A DNA stretch of 20,963 nucleotides, from contig CANQGL010000041.1 of assembly GCA_947623185.1 (NCBI GenBank), positions 1 through 20,963 of the forward strand. Direction: 5' to 3'. A model generated the notes under the pieces. It did not search any database and was not told the origin of the DNA. It saw only the letters and a program-made list of their open reading frames with translations. The stretch is from an uncultured Lachnospiraceae bacterium. GTDB taxonomy: Bacteria; Bacillota; Clostridia; Lachnospirales; Lachnospiraceae. Positions 7,576 to 16,638 of this stretch are shown here, one piece after another. Both the position numbers and the translations under genes were made by a program. Each line of letters opens with the position of its first letter. Position 1 is the first letter of the stretch.

Positions 7576-8466
7576 TTAACTCTCCGACGGTTCTTTTTCG
7601 TTCATTCCGCTATCCAGGCGGTCCGCCAGTTCCGCAAACTGTTCGAGCGTCAGCGCTTCCCCGCGCACCGCCGCCGGCAGTCCCATCTCCGCAAGCGCCC
7701 CGGCGACCTGCTCTTTCGTAAGGGAAAGGTCCGCCGCGTTGCAAAGGCTGTTCTGCAGCGTCTTTCTCCGCTGGTTGAAGGACGCGCGGATCAGGCTAAA
7801 CATGTACTCCGCATTTCGCACGCTGACGGGCGGCGTCTCGTGTCTTTTCAGGCGGATCACCGCCGATCCCACGTTCGGCCGCGGGATAAAACAGTTCGGC
7901 GGTACGTTCGCCACGATCTCCGGTTTCGCGTAATACTGCACGGCCAGTGACAGCGCCCCGTAGTCCTTTGTGCCGGGGCCAGCCTGCATCCGCCCTGCGA
8001 CCTCCTTCTGCACCATGACCGTCACGCTGCCGACCGGCGCGCCGCTCTCAAACAGGCTCATGATGATCGGCGTCGTAATGTAATACGGCAGGTTCGCCAC
8101 GACCTTCAGCGGCCTCCCTCCATTATGATCCGCCGCCAGTTGATTTATGTCAACCTTAAGGATGTCGTCGTTGATGATCGTTATGTTGTCGTACTCCGCC
8201 AACGTTTCCTGCAGGATGGGGATCAGCCCGCGGTCGATCTCCACCGCGATCACATGCCCGGCCGCTTCGGCCAGATACTGCGTCATCGTTCCGATCCCCG
8301 GCCCGATCTCCAGCACGCAGTCGTCTTTTGTCAGCTCCGCGGCGGCCGTGATCTTTTCGAGCACATGCGTATCGATCAGGAAATTCTGGCCGAATTTCTT
8401 GCGGAACGAAAAATTGTATTTCTGTATGATCTCAATGGTATTCCTTGGATTTCCCAGGTTCGCCAT
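7576..8466 (-). CDS. rsmA: 16S rRNA (adenine1518/1519-N6)-dimethyltransferase
   Basis: KKFGQNFLIDTHVLEKI...VLEIGPGIGTMTQYL...VANLPYYITTPI are classic KsgA/RsmA motifs. The start MANLGN at 8466 is preceded by AGGAGG. Confidence 0.93.
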   Translation of the reverse strand: MANLGNPRNTIEIIQKYNFSFRKKFGQNFLIDTHVLEKITAAAELTKDDCVLEIGPGIGTMTQYLAEAAGHVIAVEIDRGLIPILQETLAEYDNITIINDDILKVDINQLAADHNGGRPLKVVANLPYYITTPIIMSLFESGAPVGSVTVMVQKEVAGRMQAGPGTKDYGALSLAVQYYAKPEIVANVPPNCFIPRPNVGSAVIRLKRHETPPVSVRNAEYMFSLIRASFNQRRKTLQNSLCNAADLSLTKEQVAGALAEMGLPAAVRGEALTLEQFAELADRLDSGMNEKEPSES

Positions 8467-8584
8467 CCGTACCTCCTGTCTGCATGATCCATCAATGCGG
8501 GCCGCCTGCACGAATCGTCTGCGCGCGCCGCCTTTTAAGGCTTTTGCCCGGGGCCGCTTTCACCAGCTCTATTGCAATCCGGTT

Positions 8585-9406
8585 CTATTGCAGCCGCTCA
8601 TCCAGCCGGTATAATCTTCTCGCATTCTCCGCCGTCGCCCGGATGATCTCCTCTTCCGTCATCCCTTTCAGCTGCGCCATCACCGCGACGACCGCCGGAA
8701 GATACAGCGACGAATTCCGCTTTCCGCGGTTCGGGACCGGCGTCAGGTACGGACTGTCCGTCTCCAGAACGAGCCGGTCGAGCGGAGCGTACTCCACCAC
8801 CTCGAGCAGCTTTTTGGCGTTTTTGTAGGTCAGAACGCCGCCGATCCCCAGATAGTAGCCCATATCCAGATACTCTCTGGCGATCTCGACGCCGTAGGAA
8901 AAACAGTGGATCACGCCGCCGGTCTCCCCCGCGTGTTCCGCCTTCATAATGTCAAGCGTGTCTTTCGCCGCCTCGCGGCTGTGAATGATCACCGGATAGC
9001 CGGTCTCCTTCGCGAGCGCGAGCTGGCGCACGAACCACTTTTTCTGGATCCCGCGTTCCGGCTCGTCCCAATAATAGTCGAGGCCGATCTCTCCGAGCGC
9101 GACGGTTTTCTCTTCGTTCAGCAGTTCGCGGACGCGGGAAAGCGGATCGACCGCCGCGGCACGGTTCCCATCCTCGTTTTCCAGAGTTTCAAGCTCCGCG
9201 GTCTCCGTCGGATGGACGCCGACCGCCGCGTAAATGAACGGGTACGCTTTGGCCAGAGCGACCGTCGTTTCGCAGGATGACAGGCTGGCCGCCACATTGA
9301 CGACCGTTCCGACGCCGTTTTCCGCAAAGCTCGCAAGAAGCGCATCCCGGTCGTCGTCGAACGTCTCGTCGTCGTAATGCGCGTGCGTGTCAAAAATCAG
9401 TTCCAT
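8585..9406 (-). CDS. tatD: TatD family metal-dependent hydrolase/deoxyribonuclease
   Basis: FDTHAHYDD...AVGVHP...GEIGLDYY...IHSREA...HCFSY...ETDSPYLTP is the TatD/YabD signature set. It sits in the conserved metG-tatD-rsmA arrangement of Firmicutes. Confidence 0.9.
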   Translation of the reverse strand: MELIFDTHAHYDDETFDDDRDALLASFAENGVGTVVNVAASLSSCETTVALAKAYPFIYAAVGVHPTETAELETLENEDGNRAAAVDPLSRVRELLNEEKTVALGEIGLDYYWDEPERGIQKKWFVRQLALAKETGYPVIIHSREAAKDTLDIMKAEHAGETGGVIHCFSYGVEIAREYLDMGYYLGIGGVLTYKNAKKLLEVVEYAPLDRLVLETDSPYLTPVPNRGKRNSSLYLPAVVAVMAQLKGMTEEEIIRATAENARRLYRLDERLQ

Positions 9407-9579
9407 GTTCTTTCTCCATGCTATTTGAGTTTACATAAGTCTAAGTTCGCTGAACCCGGGGCAAAGTGCCCGCGATGCCGACTGCCCGGCCGCCGCGCGC
9501 AGAGTGTACAACAGCCACACGTCCCTGCGGACGCATGGCTGTATTGATCGTTTTCCGTCGGAGCCGTTTCCGGCCGGGA

Positions 9580-11580
9580 TCAGCAGACCTCGGAGCCGGA
9601 CTTGATGTCCTTTTCCGGGCTCATTAACGCCAGATTCCCCTCGTCGTCCTCCGCGCAGAGCAACATTCCCTCGGACATCATGCCCGCCAGTTTCGCGGGC
9701 TTTAAGTTGACCGCGACCATGACCTTGCGGCCGACCATATCCTCGGGTTTGTACCATTTCTTGATGCCGCTTAGGATCTGTCTGGTCTCGCTGCCGATCT
9801 TCACCTGCGAGCAGAGCAGCTTCTTCGACTTCGGCACTTCCTCACACTTTACGATCTCGCCGATGCGGAATTCCAGCTTTGCGAAATCGTCGTACTCGAT
9901 CTCCGGCTTGTGTTCCGGAACGATCTCACCAGGCGCACTCTCGGCGGGCGCTTCGCCGTCGGCCGCACCGTCAGTATTTCCGGCCGCTTTCTCCTCCGCC
10001 GCGTGCATCGCCTCGACCTTTGCAAGCACTTCCTTGATGTCCATGCGCGCAAAGAGGATCTCCGGTTTTTCCGTTACCTTATTGCCGTCCGGATAGAGCC
10101 CGAAACGATCCATGTCGGAGAGGGCGCGCTTTTCGGTATTTAACTGCGCCAGGATCTTTTCGGAGGTCTCCGGCATGAACGAGTACAGCAGGGACGCGCC
10201 GATCGTGATCGCCTCGGTCAGGTTGTAGAGCACCGTCGCCAGACGGTCCTTCTTCGCCTCATCCTTGGCCAGCGTCCACGGCATCGTCTCGTCGATATAT
10301 TTGTTGCTGCGGCGGAAGATCCCGAAGATCTCGGTGATCGCGTCCGCGACGCGCAGCTTGTCCATCTTTTCGTCGGCCTTCTTTACGGCCTCAAGAACCG
10401 TATTCTTCAGGTCCTCGTCGAACTCCCCGCTTACGCCCTTATTCTCCACAACGCCGCCGAAATACTTGTTCGTCATCGACACGGTGCGGTTGACAAGGTT
10501 TCCGAGAATGTTCGCCAGATCGGAGTTCATGCGCTCGACCATCAGCTCCCACGAGATCACGCCGTCGTTGTCGAACGGCATCTCATGCAGCACGAAATAG
10601 CGGACCGCGTCCACGCCGAAGAAATCCACCAGCGTGTCGGCGTAGAGCACGTTGCCCCTGGATTTGCTCATCTTGCCATCGCCCTGAAGGAGCCACGGGT
10701 GTCCGAATACCTGTTTCGGAAGCGGCACGCCGAGGGCCATCAGAAAGATCGGCCAGTAGATCGTATGGAAACGGATGATGTCCTTTCCGATCAGATGGAG
10801 GTCCGCGGGCCAGTATTTCTTATACCGCTCCCCGTGGTTGCCGTCGCAGTCGTAGCCGATGCCGGTAATGTAGTTGGTGAGCGCGTCGAGCCAGACGTAG
10901 GTGACGTGCTTCGGGTCGAAGTCGACCGGGATTCCCCACTTGAACGACGTTCTCGAAACGCAGAGGTCCTGAAGGCCCGGAAGCAGGAAATTGTTCATCA
11001 TCTCGTTCTTGCGCGATACGGGTTGGATGAATTCCGGATGCGTGTTTATATGGTCGATCAAACGCTGCGCATATTTACTCATACGGAAGAAATACGCTTC
11101 TTCCTTCGCAGGCTGGAGCGGCCTTCCGCAGTCGGGACATTTTCCGTCAACCACCTGGGACGGAGTCCAGAACGACTCGCACGGCGTGCAGTAAAGGCCC
11201 TCGTACTCGCCCTTGTAGATGTCTCCCTGCTCGTAGAGCTTGCGGAAGATCTTCTGCACCTGTTTCTCGTGGTCTTCGTCCGTGGTGCGGATAAACTTGT
11301 CGTAGGAGGTGTTCATCAGATCCCAGATCCGTTTGATCTCCCCGGCGACGTTGTCGACGAATTCCTTCGGCGTGATCCCGGCCTCCTGCGCCTTTAACTC
11401 GATCTTCTGGCCGTGCTCGTCCGTTCCGGTCTGGAAGAAGACGTCATAGCCCTGTTCTCTTTTATTGCGCGCGATCGCGTCCGCAAGAACGATCTCGTAG
11501 GTGTTGCCGATATGCGGCTTGCCCGAGGTGTATGCGATCGCGGTCGTTATATAATACGGCTGACTGCACTTTTTGCACAT
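9580..11580 (-). CDS. metG: Methionine--tRNA ligase with a C-terminal tRNA-binding (Trbp111/EMAP-like) domain
   Basis: It has a HIGH-type motif (GKPHIGNTYE), a KMSKS motif (DGKMSKSRGN), a Zn knuckle (CTPCESF...CPDCGRP) and a C-terminal FAKLEFRIGEIVKCEEVPKSKKLL...VNLKPAKLAGMMSEGML OB-fold. The RBS is AGGAGG. Confidence 0.96.
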   Translation of the reverse strand: MCKKCSQPYYITTAIAYTSGKPHIGNTYEIVLADAIARNKREQGYDVFFQTGTDEHGQKIELKAQEAGITPKEFVDNVAGEIKRIWDLMNTSYDKFIRTTDEDHEKQVQKIFRKLYEQGDIYKGEYEGLYCTPCESFWTPSQVVDGKCPDCGRPLQPAKEEAYFFRMSKYAQRLIDHINTHPEFIQPVSRKNEMMNNFLLPGLQDLCVSRTSFKWGIPVDFDPKHVTYVWLDALTNYITGIGYDCDGNHGERYKKYWPADLHLIGKDIIRFHTIYWPIFLMALGVPLPKQVFGHPWLLQGDGKMSKSRGNVLYADTLVDFFGVDAVRYFVLHEMPFDNDGVISWELMVERMNSDLANILGNLVNRTVSMTNKYFGGVVENKGVSGEFDEDLKNTVLEAVKKADEKMDKLRVADAITEIFGIFRRSNKYIDETMPWTLAKDEAKKDRLATVLYNLTEAITIGASLLYSFMPETSEKILAQLNTEKRALSDMDRFGLYPDGNKVTEKPEILFARMDIKEVLAKVEAMHAAEEKAAGNTDGAADGEAPAESAPGEIVPEHKPEIEYDDFAKLEFRIGEIVKCEEVPKSKKLLCSQVKIGSETRQILSGIKKWYKPEDMVGRKVMVAVNLKPAKLAGMMSEGMLLCAEDDEGNLALMSPEKDIKSGSEVC

Positions 11581-11612
11581 TTTCGTGTCCTCCTGAATAT
11601 TCTGCTTTCTCT

Positions 11613-11641
11613 AGCCTATCCTTTTCATACCATTTTGTCAA
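11613..11641 (-). promoter_or_regulatory. Candidate sigma-70 promoter for metG
   Basis: Read on the minus strand: TTGACA (11641-11636), a 17-nt spacer, then TAGGCT (11618-11613). It lies in the 74-nt gap between the rpoN stop and the metG start. Confidence 0.4.
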
Positions 11642-11654
11642 GCACGGTCCTGCC

Positions 11655-12995
11655 TTAACCCGGCTCCCTGCGGCGGAACGCGCCGCCGATCCCCATCTCG
11701 GTCCGGTATTTTGCGACCGTCCTGCGGGACACCGAGACCCCGTCTTCCCCCAACAGGCGGGTGATCTGCTCGTCGCTGTAGGGCCGGGTCTTGTCCTCCC
11801 CGTCCACGATGGCCTTGAGCCTGGTCTTGACCGTGTTCCGGCTCACGTCCCCGTTTTCTCCGCTGTTCTTTCCCGAACTGATCCCCGACGTGAACAGATC
11901 GCGCATCAGGATGCATCCGGATGGAAACAGCAGGTATTTGTCGCGCACGGCGCGGCTCACCGTCGATTTATGGATCTCCCGCTCCTCGGCGATCTCCTCG
12001 AGCGTCATCGGCTTTAACGGCTCGCGGCCGAGGAAAAAGCCCTCCTGGCGTTTCACGATGCTCACCGTGATCCCCTCGAGCGTCTGCCGTCTCTGCTCGA
12101 CGGCGCCTGTAATAAAGCGGGCGCGTTTCAGCTTTTCCTCAAAATACGTTTTCAGCGTCTCGTCGTGCGCCGTCTCCATCATATGGACGTAAAACTCGTT
12201 GATCCCGAGCGCTCCCGCCCATTTGTCGTTCAGGCTAACGATCCACTGTCCGTCCTGGCGCTGAACAAGAATATCCGGCACGATATACTGGGTCCGGTCG
12301 CCGCCGAATCCGTTTAACGGCCGCGGGTTCAGCTCCTTAATAATATGGATCAGTTTGCGCACGTCGATGGATGAGAGCTTCATGTCGCGGGAAATGCTGC
12401 TGATCCTTCCGTCCGCCACATCCTGCAGGTGGTTTCGGATCATCCGTTCCAGCAGCTCGCCGTTGTCGGCGTCCCGGATCTGGAGGATCAGGCATTCCTC
12501 GAGCCCCGACGCGAAGATCCCCTTCGGTTCGAGCTTTTTCAGCTCCGCGAGGACGCGCATGACCTGCGCCGGTTTTCTCCCGAGTGTTTCCGCGATCTCA
12601 TCCGGCGACATCGTGAGGTATCCGTTCTGATCCAGCGAGTGGATACAGAATTCCACGATCTCGCGCTCGTTCTCTCCCATCCTCTTTCCGGGGATCTGAT
12701 TCATGATCAGCTCCTCGACCGACTGCCCGTCGTTCTCGACCTGATAGATCTCGCCGTTTCCCTCGTCGATCGGCGAAACCTTTCCGTAAAAACGGTCATA
12801 CTCTCTGTAAACAACGGGGGCGCTTTCCTCATGCATCCCTGACGAATATTCGACAAGTGGATTCTCGATCTCCTCGTTCTGCAGAAATTCGTGCAGTTCC
12901 GAGGCCGACATACTGAGAATTTTCAGTGATTCCATCTGAACCTGCGACAAGATCTGTTTCGTCTGAACAGAAATTCCCGGTTTGATATCCAACAT
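11655..12995 (-). CDS. rpoN: RNA polymerase sigma-54 factor
   Basis: Region I is Gln/Leu-rich (QTKQILSQVQMESLKILSMSASELHEFLQNEEIENPLVE). A core-binding region follows, then a C-terminal HTH and RpoN box (SVSRRTVAKYRTEMGI). The 446-aa length is typical. Confidence 0.93.
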   Translation of the reverse strand: MLDIKPGISVQTKQILSQVQMESLKILSMSASELHEFLQNEEIENPLVEYSSGMHEESAPVVYREYDRFYGKVSPIDEGNGEIYQVENDGQSVEELIMNQIPGKRMGENEREIVEFCIHSLDQNGYLTMSPDEIAETLGRKPAQVMRVLAELKKLEPKGIFASGLEECLILQIRDADNGELLERMIRNHLQDVADGRISSISRDMKLSSIDVRKLIHIIKELNPRPLNGFGGDRTQYIVPDILVQRQDGQWIVSLNDKWAGALGINEFYVHMMETAHDETLKTYFEEKLKRARFITGAVEQRRQTLEGITVSIVKRQEGFFLGREPLKPMTLEEIAEEREIHKSTVSRAVRDKYLLFPSGCILMRDLFTSGISSGKNSGENGDVSRNTVKTRLKAIVDGEDKTRPYSDEQITRLLGEDGVSVSRRTVAKYRTEMGIGGAFRRREPG

Positions 12996-13016
12996 GATTT
13001 ACCGCCTTTCCCGTCC

Positions 13017-13046
13017 AGTATAGCACAATTCCCCCTTTTTCTGCAA
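13017..13046 (-). promoter_or_regulatory. Candidate sigma-70 promoter for rpoN (extended -10)
   Basis: Read on the minus strand: TTGCAG (13046-13041), an 18-nt spacer, then TGCTATACT (-10 TATACT at 13022-17 with an upstream TG). It lies about 20 nt upstream of the rpoN RBS. Confidence 0.45.
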
Positions 13047-13089
13047 CAGAAAAGAAAACCGCCTTAAGACCCTGCGGTCCCAAGGCGGT
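13045..13089 (-). terminator. Intrinsic terminator ending the eight-gene operon, upstream of rpoN
   Basis: The minus-strand transcript reads ACCGCCUU-gg-GACC-gcag-GGUC-uu-AAGGCGGU, an 8-bp outer plus 4-bp inner stem at 13058-13089. It is followed by UUUCUUUUCUGUU. It lies 20 nt after the crotonase stop. Confidence 0.65.
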
Positions 13090-13108
13090 GTCGCTCCTTT
13101 ATATTCGG

Positions 13109-13888
13109 TTATTTCCCCGTGTATTCGCGGTGCGGGCGCTTTTCAAGGAACGCCGTCGTCGCTTCGAGATGGTCCGCCGTCCCGAAGCAGTCCGCGAACA
13201 GCCCCGTCTCGTTCTCAAGGCTCTCGGAAAGCCCGGCCTCCATCGCGGCGTTGATCGACTTCTTCATGCAGCTCACGCCGAACGGAGCCATATCGGTGAT
13301 GATGTCGGCCAGCTCCATCGCCTTCTCCATCAGCTTCTCCGGTTCCACCACATATTCCACGAGCCCGAGCCGCAACGCTTCCTCCGCGTCGACGCTTCTG
13401 CCGGTATACAGAAGCTCCTTCGCGCGCGACGCGCCGACCGTTCTCGGCAGGAGCACGGTGCAGCCCCATCCGGGGATCCCGCCCAGCTTGATCGTCGGAA
13501 CGCCGATCTTCGCGTCGGTCGCCGCCACCGTGATATCGCTCGCAAGAATGATCTCCATTCCGCCGCCGAGCGCATAGCCGCGGACGGCGCTGATGACCGG
13601 TACCCTGTGGTTCAGGATGGAAAGGATGCACTTCTTTCCGCGGCCGGAGAACGCGCGGGCCGTCTCGGGATTCAGTTTCACTTCCTCCTTGATGTCTCCG
13701 CCTGCGGTGAACGCTCTCTCGCCCGCCGCCGTGATGATCACGCAGCGCACGTCGTGATCGTTCTCCGCCGTCTCCAGCGCTTCCGTCAGCTCATCTAACA
13801 TCTGGGAATTGAACGCGTTGAGCGCTCTCGGGCGGTTGATCGTGATGACCGCGGTGCGGTTTTTCTTTTCGTAAAGCATGAATTCCAT
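13109..13888 (-). CDS. Enoyl-CoA hydratase/isomerase (crotonase) family protein
   Basis: AVITINRPRALNAF...VIITAAGERAFTAGGDIKE...AVRGYALGGGMEIILASD has the oxyanion-hole motifs of crotonases. The preferred start is the third Met (MEFMLYEKK), 6 nt after AGGAGA. The track start is 13894. Confidence 0.9.
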   Translation of the reverse strand: MEFMLYEKKNRTAVITINRPRALNAFNSQMLDELTEALETAENDHDVRCVIITAAGERAFTAGGDIKEEVKLNPETARAFSGRGKKCILSILNHRVPVISAVRGYALGGGMEIILASDITVAATDAKIGVPTIKLGGIPGWGCTVLLPRTVGASRAKELLYTGRSVDAEEALRLGLVEYVVEPEKLMEKAMELADIITDMAPFGVSCMKKSINAAMEAGLSESLENETGLFADCFGTADHLEATTAFLEKRPHREYTGK

Positions 13889-13938
13889 AATCATTCTCCT
13901 CTTTTCATAATTGTATTATCCACGGCGCGGATACGCCG

Positions 13939-15414
13939 TTACTGATCATCCGGCAGATCTTTGTAGATCGTCTTTCCCGCTTCGTTCTTCGGGATCTTTT
14001 CGATCGGGAGGACCCGGATCCCCCGCGGGTGGATCCCTGTCTTTTCGGACAGCCACGCCGCCGCCCGCTCGCAGAAGTCTTCGTCGGCCCCGGCCGCGTA
14101 GATCCTCATGGCGTCGTCCTTTCCGGTACAGGCCACGTCGATCTCCCCGAAACCGGCCTTGAGCATCTGCTCGATCTCATCCATGTTGACGCGCTTTCCG
14201 AACATCTTCAGGAACCGCTTTTTGCGGCCGGTAATATAATAGAAGCCTTCCGCGTCGCGTTTCGCCATGTCGCCGGTGAAAAGGATTCCTCCGCGTTCGT
14301 CGCCCTTTGAAAGATCCGCGCGGCAGGCCGCGTAGCCCATCGTGACGTTTTCTCCCTCGTAGACCAGCTCGCCGACCGTATCGGCCTCCAGGATCTCCGT
14401 CTTTTCGTCCTCCATCAGGCGGAACCGTCCGCCCGGGATCGCGATCCCCATGCTGCCGCATTTTCTGAGCGCGTCCTTTGCGGGCAGATAGCCCATGCGG
14501 GCGGTCGCCTCGGTCTGGCCGTACATGACGATAAACCGCCGTCCGGTCGCCTGCGCGTATTCCGCGAATTTCTTATGGAGCGCCGGGGACAGCTTTCCGC
14601 CCGCCTGCGTCATGGTGCGCAGCGAAGGCAGATCCATGCCGAAAAACGACAACCGGTTCAGCATCTCGTAGGTATACGGCACGCCCGCGATCGATGTGGC
14701 TCCTTCCTTCCGGAAGAAGTCCCAGAACTCCCGCTCGAACAGTGTATGTTTCGTCAGGAGGACCGTCGCACCGGCCAGTATGTGGCTGTTGATGACCGAC
14801 AGCCCATAGGTATAGTTCATCGGGAGCGTGGTGATCGGCCGCTCCGTCTCGTCAAGTTCAAGATATTCCGCGATCGCCGCCGCGTTTGACTGGATATTCC
14901 GCCTGCTCTGGCGGACCAGTTTCGGGCTGCCGGTGCTGCCGGAGGTCGTAAGCAGAAGCGCCAGCTCGCTGTTTAAGCCGTCTGCAGCGGCATCGTGTGC
15001 CGCCTCCGAGCGAAAGATCCGATAGCCGAACCGCTCCGTCTCTTCCGATGCGACGGGCGCGGCTTCCTCCGCCGGGCCATGCTCCCCCTCGCCGCCTCTC
15101 CCGCACATCCGCTCCTCCATATCCGCGGGGAACGCGAGGTATTCGGGCCGGTAGGTCCCGATCAGACCGGCCAGCAAATGTCTGTCCAGGTTCCGCTCCA
15201 GAAGTAACGGCACCACGTTTCTCCGCAAGCAGGTCAGATACAGGGCGACCGCTCCGATGCTGTTCTCACAGAGCAGGAACATTAACGTCCCGGGCCGCAA
15301 AAGCCCGGAGACCGATTCGTAAAACCGTTCAAATTCGCCGTAGGTGAGCCGTCCTCCGCCGTCTTCGACTAACATCGTCCGGCTGCTTTTCGACGGGTCC
15401 GTATCGTAAAACAC
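13939..15414 (-). CDS. ANL-superfamily adenylate-forming enzyme (acyl-CoA/acyl-carrier-protein ligase-like)
   Basis: Core motifs are LLLTTSGSTGSPK (A3), MYGQTE (A5), FTGD (A7), GRKKRFLKMFGKRV (A8) and PKNEAGK (A10). The GTG start at 15414 lies 7 nt after AAAGGAGG. An acidic/Gly-rich insertion (about residues 100-150) precedes A3. Confidence 0.88.
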   Translation of the reverse strand: MFYDTDPSKSSRTMLVEDGGGRLTYGEFERFYESVSGLLRPGTLMFLLCENSIGAVALYLTCLRRNVVPLLLERNLDRHLLAGLIGTYRPEYLAFPADMEERMCGRGGEGEHGPAEEAAPVASEETERFGYRIFRSEAAHDAAADGLNSELALLLTTSGSTGSPKLVRQSRRNIQSNAAAIAEYLELDETERPITTLPMNYTYGLSVINSHILAGATVLLTKHTLFEREFWDFFRKEGATSIAGVPYTYEMLNRLSFFGMDLPSLRTMTQAGGKLSPALHKKFAEYAQATGRRFIVMYGQTEATARMGYLPAKDALRKCGSMGIAIPGGRFRLMEDEKTEILEADTVGELVYEGENVTMGYAACRADLSKGDERGGILFTGDMAKRDAEGFYYITGRKKRFLKMFGKRVNMDEIEQMLKAGFGEIDVACTGKDDAMRIYAAGADEDFCERAAAWLSEKTGIHPRGIRVLPIEKIPKNEAGKTIYKDLPDDQ

Positions 15415-15429
15415 AGGATCCCCTCCTTT

Positions 15430-16638
15430 TCATGTCAAGGTCCGTGAAAGTTCTGCGATCATATCTTTTCCATCCCAGACCGGATCCATCCGGAGCGCCT
15501 GTCCCACAGGCACGACGCGGTGAACGCCTTTCAGCCTGTGGCGCAGGACCAGCTCCCGAAGGTCGGCTTCCCGAATGCCGAAGCAGGTGACGGACTGCGT
15601 CTTTTCCGACACCGCCTCCGTCCATTCGTCGCCGTTTTGCATGTGATATTCCAAAAAGCTTCCGAACTGCATCCGGTTTTCAGAAGCGATTTTTGGGACA
15701 TCGCTGCATTCCAGCACATACAGGCGGTTGCTCAGGCGCCTGATGCGCCGGAGGTTCGCACCGAACCCCATGCACTCCCAGAGTGCACCGTATTTTTGAC
15801 TGACTTTTATCTCTGAAAGCGCATAGCGCTTCGATGCCTCAAAAACGGCGTTCCAGAACCGATCCGCGGCCTCCTGTCCGGTCCGCTCATCCGGCTCCCG
15901 CCAGAATACCGCTTTCGGACAGGAGCAGGCATTCTGGTCCATCGCGTAGGTATCGTTGTAGAACCGGACCGCGAGCAAGCCGAGTTCTTCTTCGGAAAGC
16001 GCCAGGACCGCTTCGGCGTCAAGCACCGCCAGCGAATTGCGGTCCGGGAACACCAGCTCGACGGCGGACGGTTTCAGCGGTACGGCCCGTATCCTTGAAA
16101 CGGTCTCGTCGCCGCCCCAGATGATCCGCGCGTCGCATTCCGCGCTGAAACGTTCCGTCAGGTCCGTCCTCCCGCTGTCGTAGGAGATGATCGAGACCCG
16201 GTTTTGCATCCCGGCGAACCGCTCCTCGTTAAGCAGGCCGCCCAGCAGGCCGCAGAGAAGTTCCCCTTCCCGGGTCCGGACGCGCTCCGAGACCCTCACG
16301 CGGCAGGTATTTCCCGCCAGAAGACCGATCGCGCAGGTATAGACGAACATCAGCGGGACGTTCGCGGGCGCGATGTGGAAGCTCTGCCCAAGTCCGATAT
16401 TGCCCGGCCGGTCGTATTTTTCCTTCAGTTCCATCAGGTGCGCGCGCCGAAGCCAGAAGCCCAGCGCCCGGACTTCCTCGCCGGCCTCGTTCCGCGGCAG
16501 TCTGCGGATCGATTCCGCAAGCGCCGAGAGCAGGTCGAGCACGGGTTCGGAAAAGGTGATCTCCGGCCTGTCATCCGTTTCAAACGCTCCCGCAAGAAGC
16601 GTGATCCCTTCCGGGATCCGGTCGCATTCAGCCTTCAT
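15430..16638 (-). CDS. LuxC-like acyl-CoA (acyl-thioester) reductase family protein
   Basis: At 402 aa, FHIAPANVPLMFVYTCAIGLLAGN...RVS and the putative catalytic-Cys segment YAMDQNACSCPKAVFW resemble the LuxC/aldehyde-dehydrogenase-like reductase family. The start overlaps the preceding gene by 11 nt. The assignment is by eye and needs an HMM check. Confidence 0.72.
   Translation of the reverse strand: MKAECDRIPEGITLLAGAFETDDRPEITFSEPVLDLLSALAESIRRLPRNEAGEEVRALGFWLRRAHLMELKEKYDRPGNIGLGQSFHIAPANVPLMFVYTCAIGLLAGNTCRVRVSERVRTREGELLCGLLGGLLNEERFAGMQNRVSIISYDSGRTDLTERFSAECDARIIWGGDETVSRIRAVPLKPSAVELVFPDRNSLAVLDAEAVLALSEEELGLLAVRFYNDTYAMDQNACSCPKAVFWREPDERTGQEAADRFWNAVFEASKRYALSEIKVSQKYGALWECMGFGANLRRIRRLSNRLYVLECSDVPKIASENRMQFGSFLEYHMQNGDEWTEAVSEKTQSVTCFGIREADLRELVLRHRLKGVHRVVPVGQALRMDPVWDGKDMIAELSRTLT

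Noticed and set aside
9511-9542. A strong compound hairpin (ACAGCCA..CGTCC-gcag-GGACG..TGGCTGT) in the metG-tatD gap, considered as a terminator.
   Set aside because: On the minus-strand transcript it is followed by UGUACACUCUGCGC, not a U tract, so it is not a canonical intrinsic terminator. It may be an RNA-stabilising or processing hairpin within a metG-tatD-rsmA transcript, but I cannot support a call.
11581-11654. A T-box leader upstream of metG, and a lysine riboswitch upstream of ddh (6074-6319).
   Set aside because: The metG gap is only 74 nt, far too short for a T-box. The ddh leader is about 105-110 nt and lacks the length and conserved core expected for an L-box. Neither is called.
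14967-15117. An acidic/Gly/Ala-rich insertion (ERMCGRGGEGEHGPAEEAAPVASEETERF...AAHDAAADG) in the ANL enzyme before motif A3.
   Set aside because: It is probably a lineage-specific surface loop of low complexity in a GC-rich genome. Nothing in the sequence indicates a separate domain or a frameshift.
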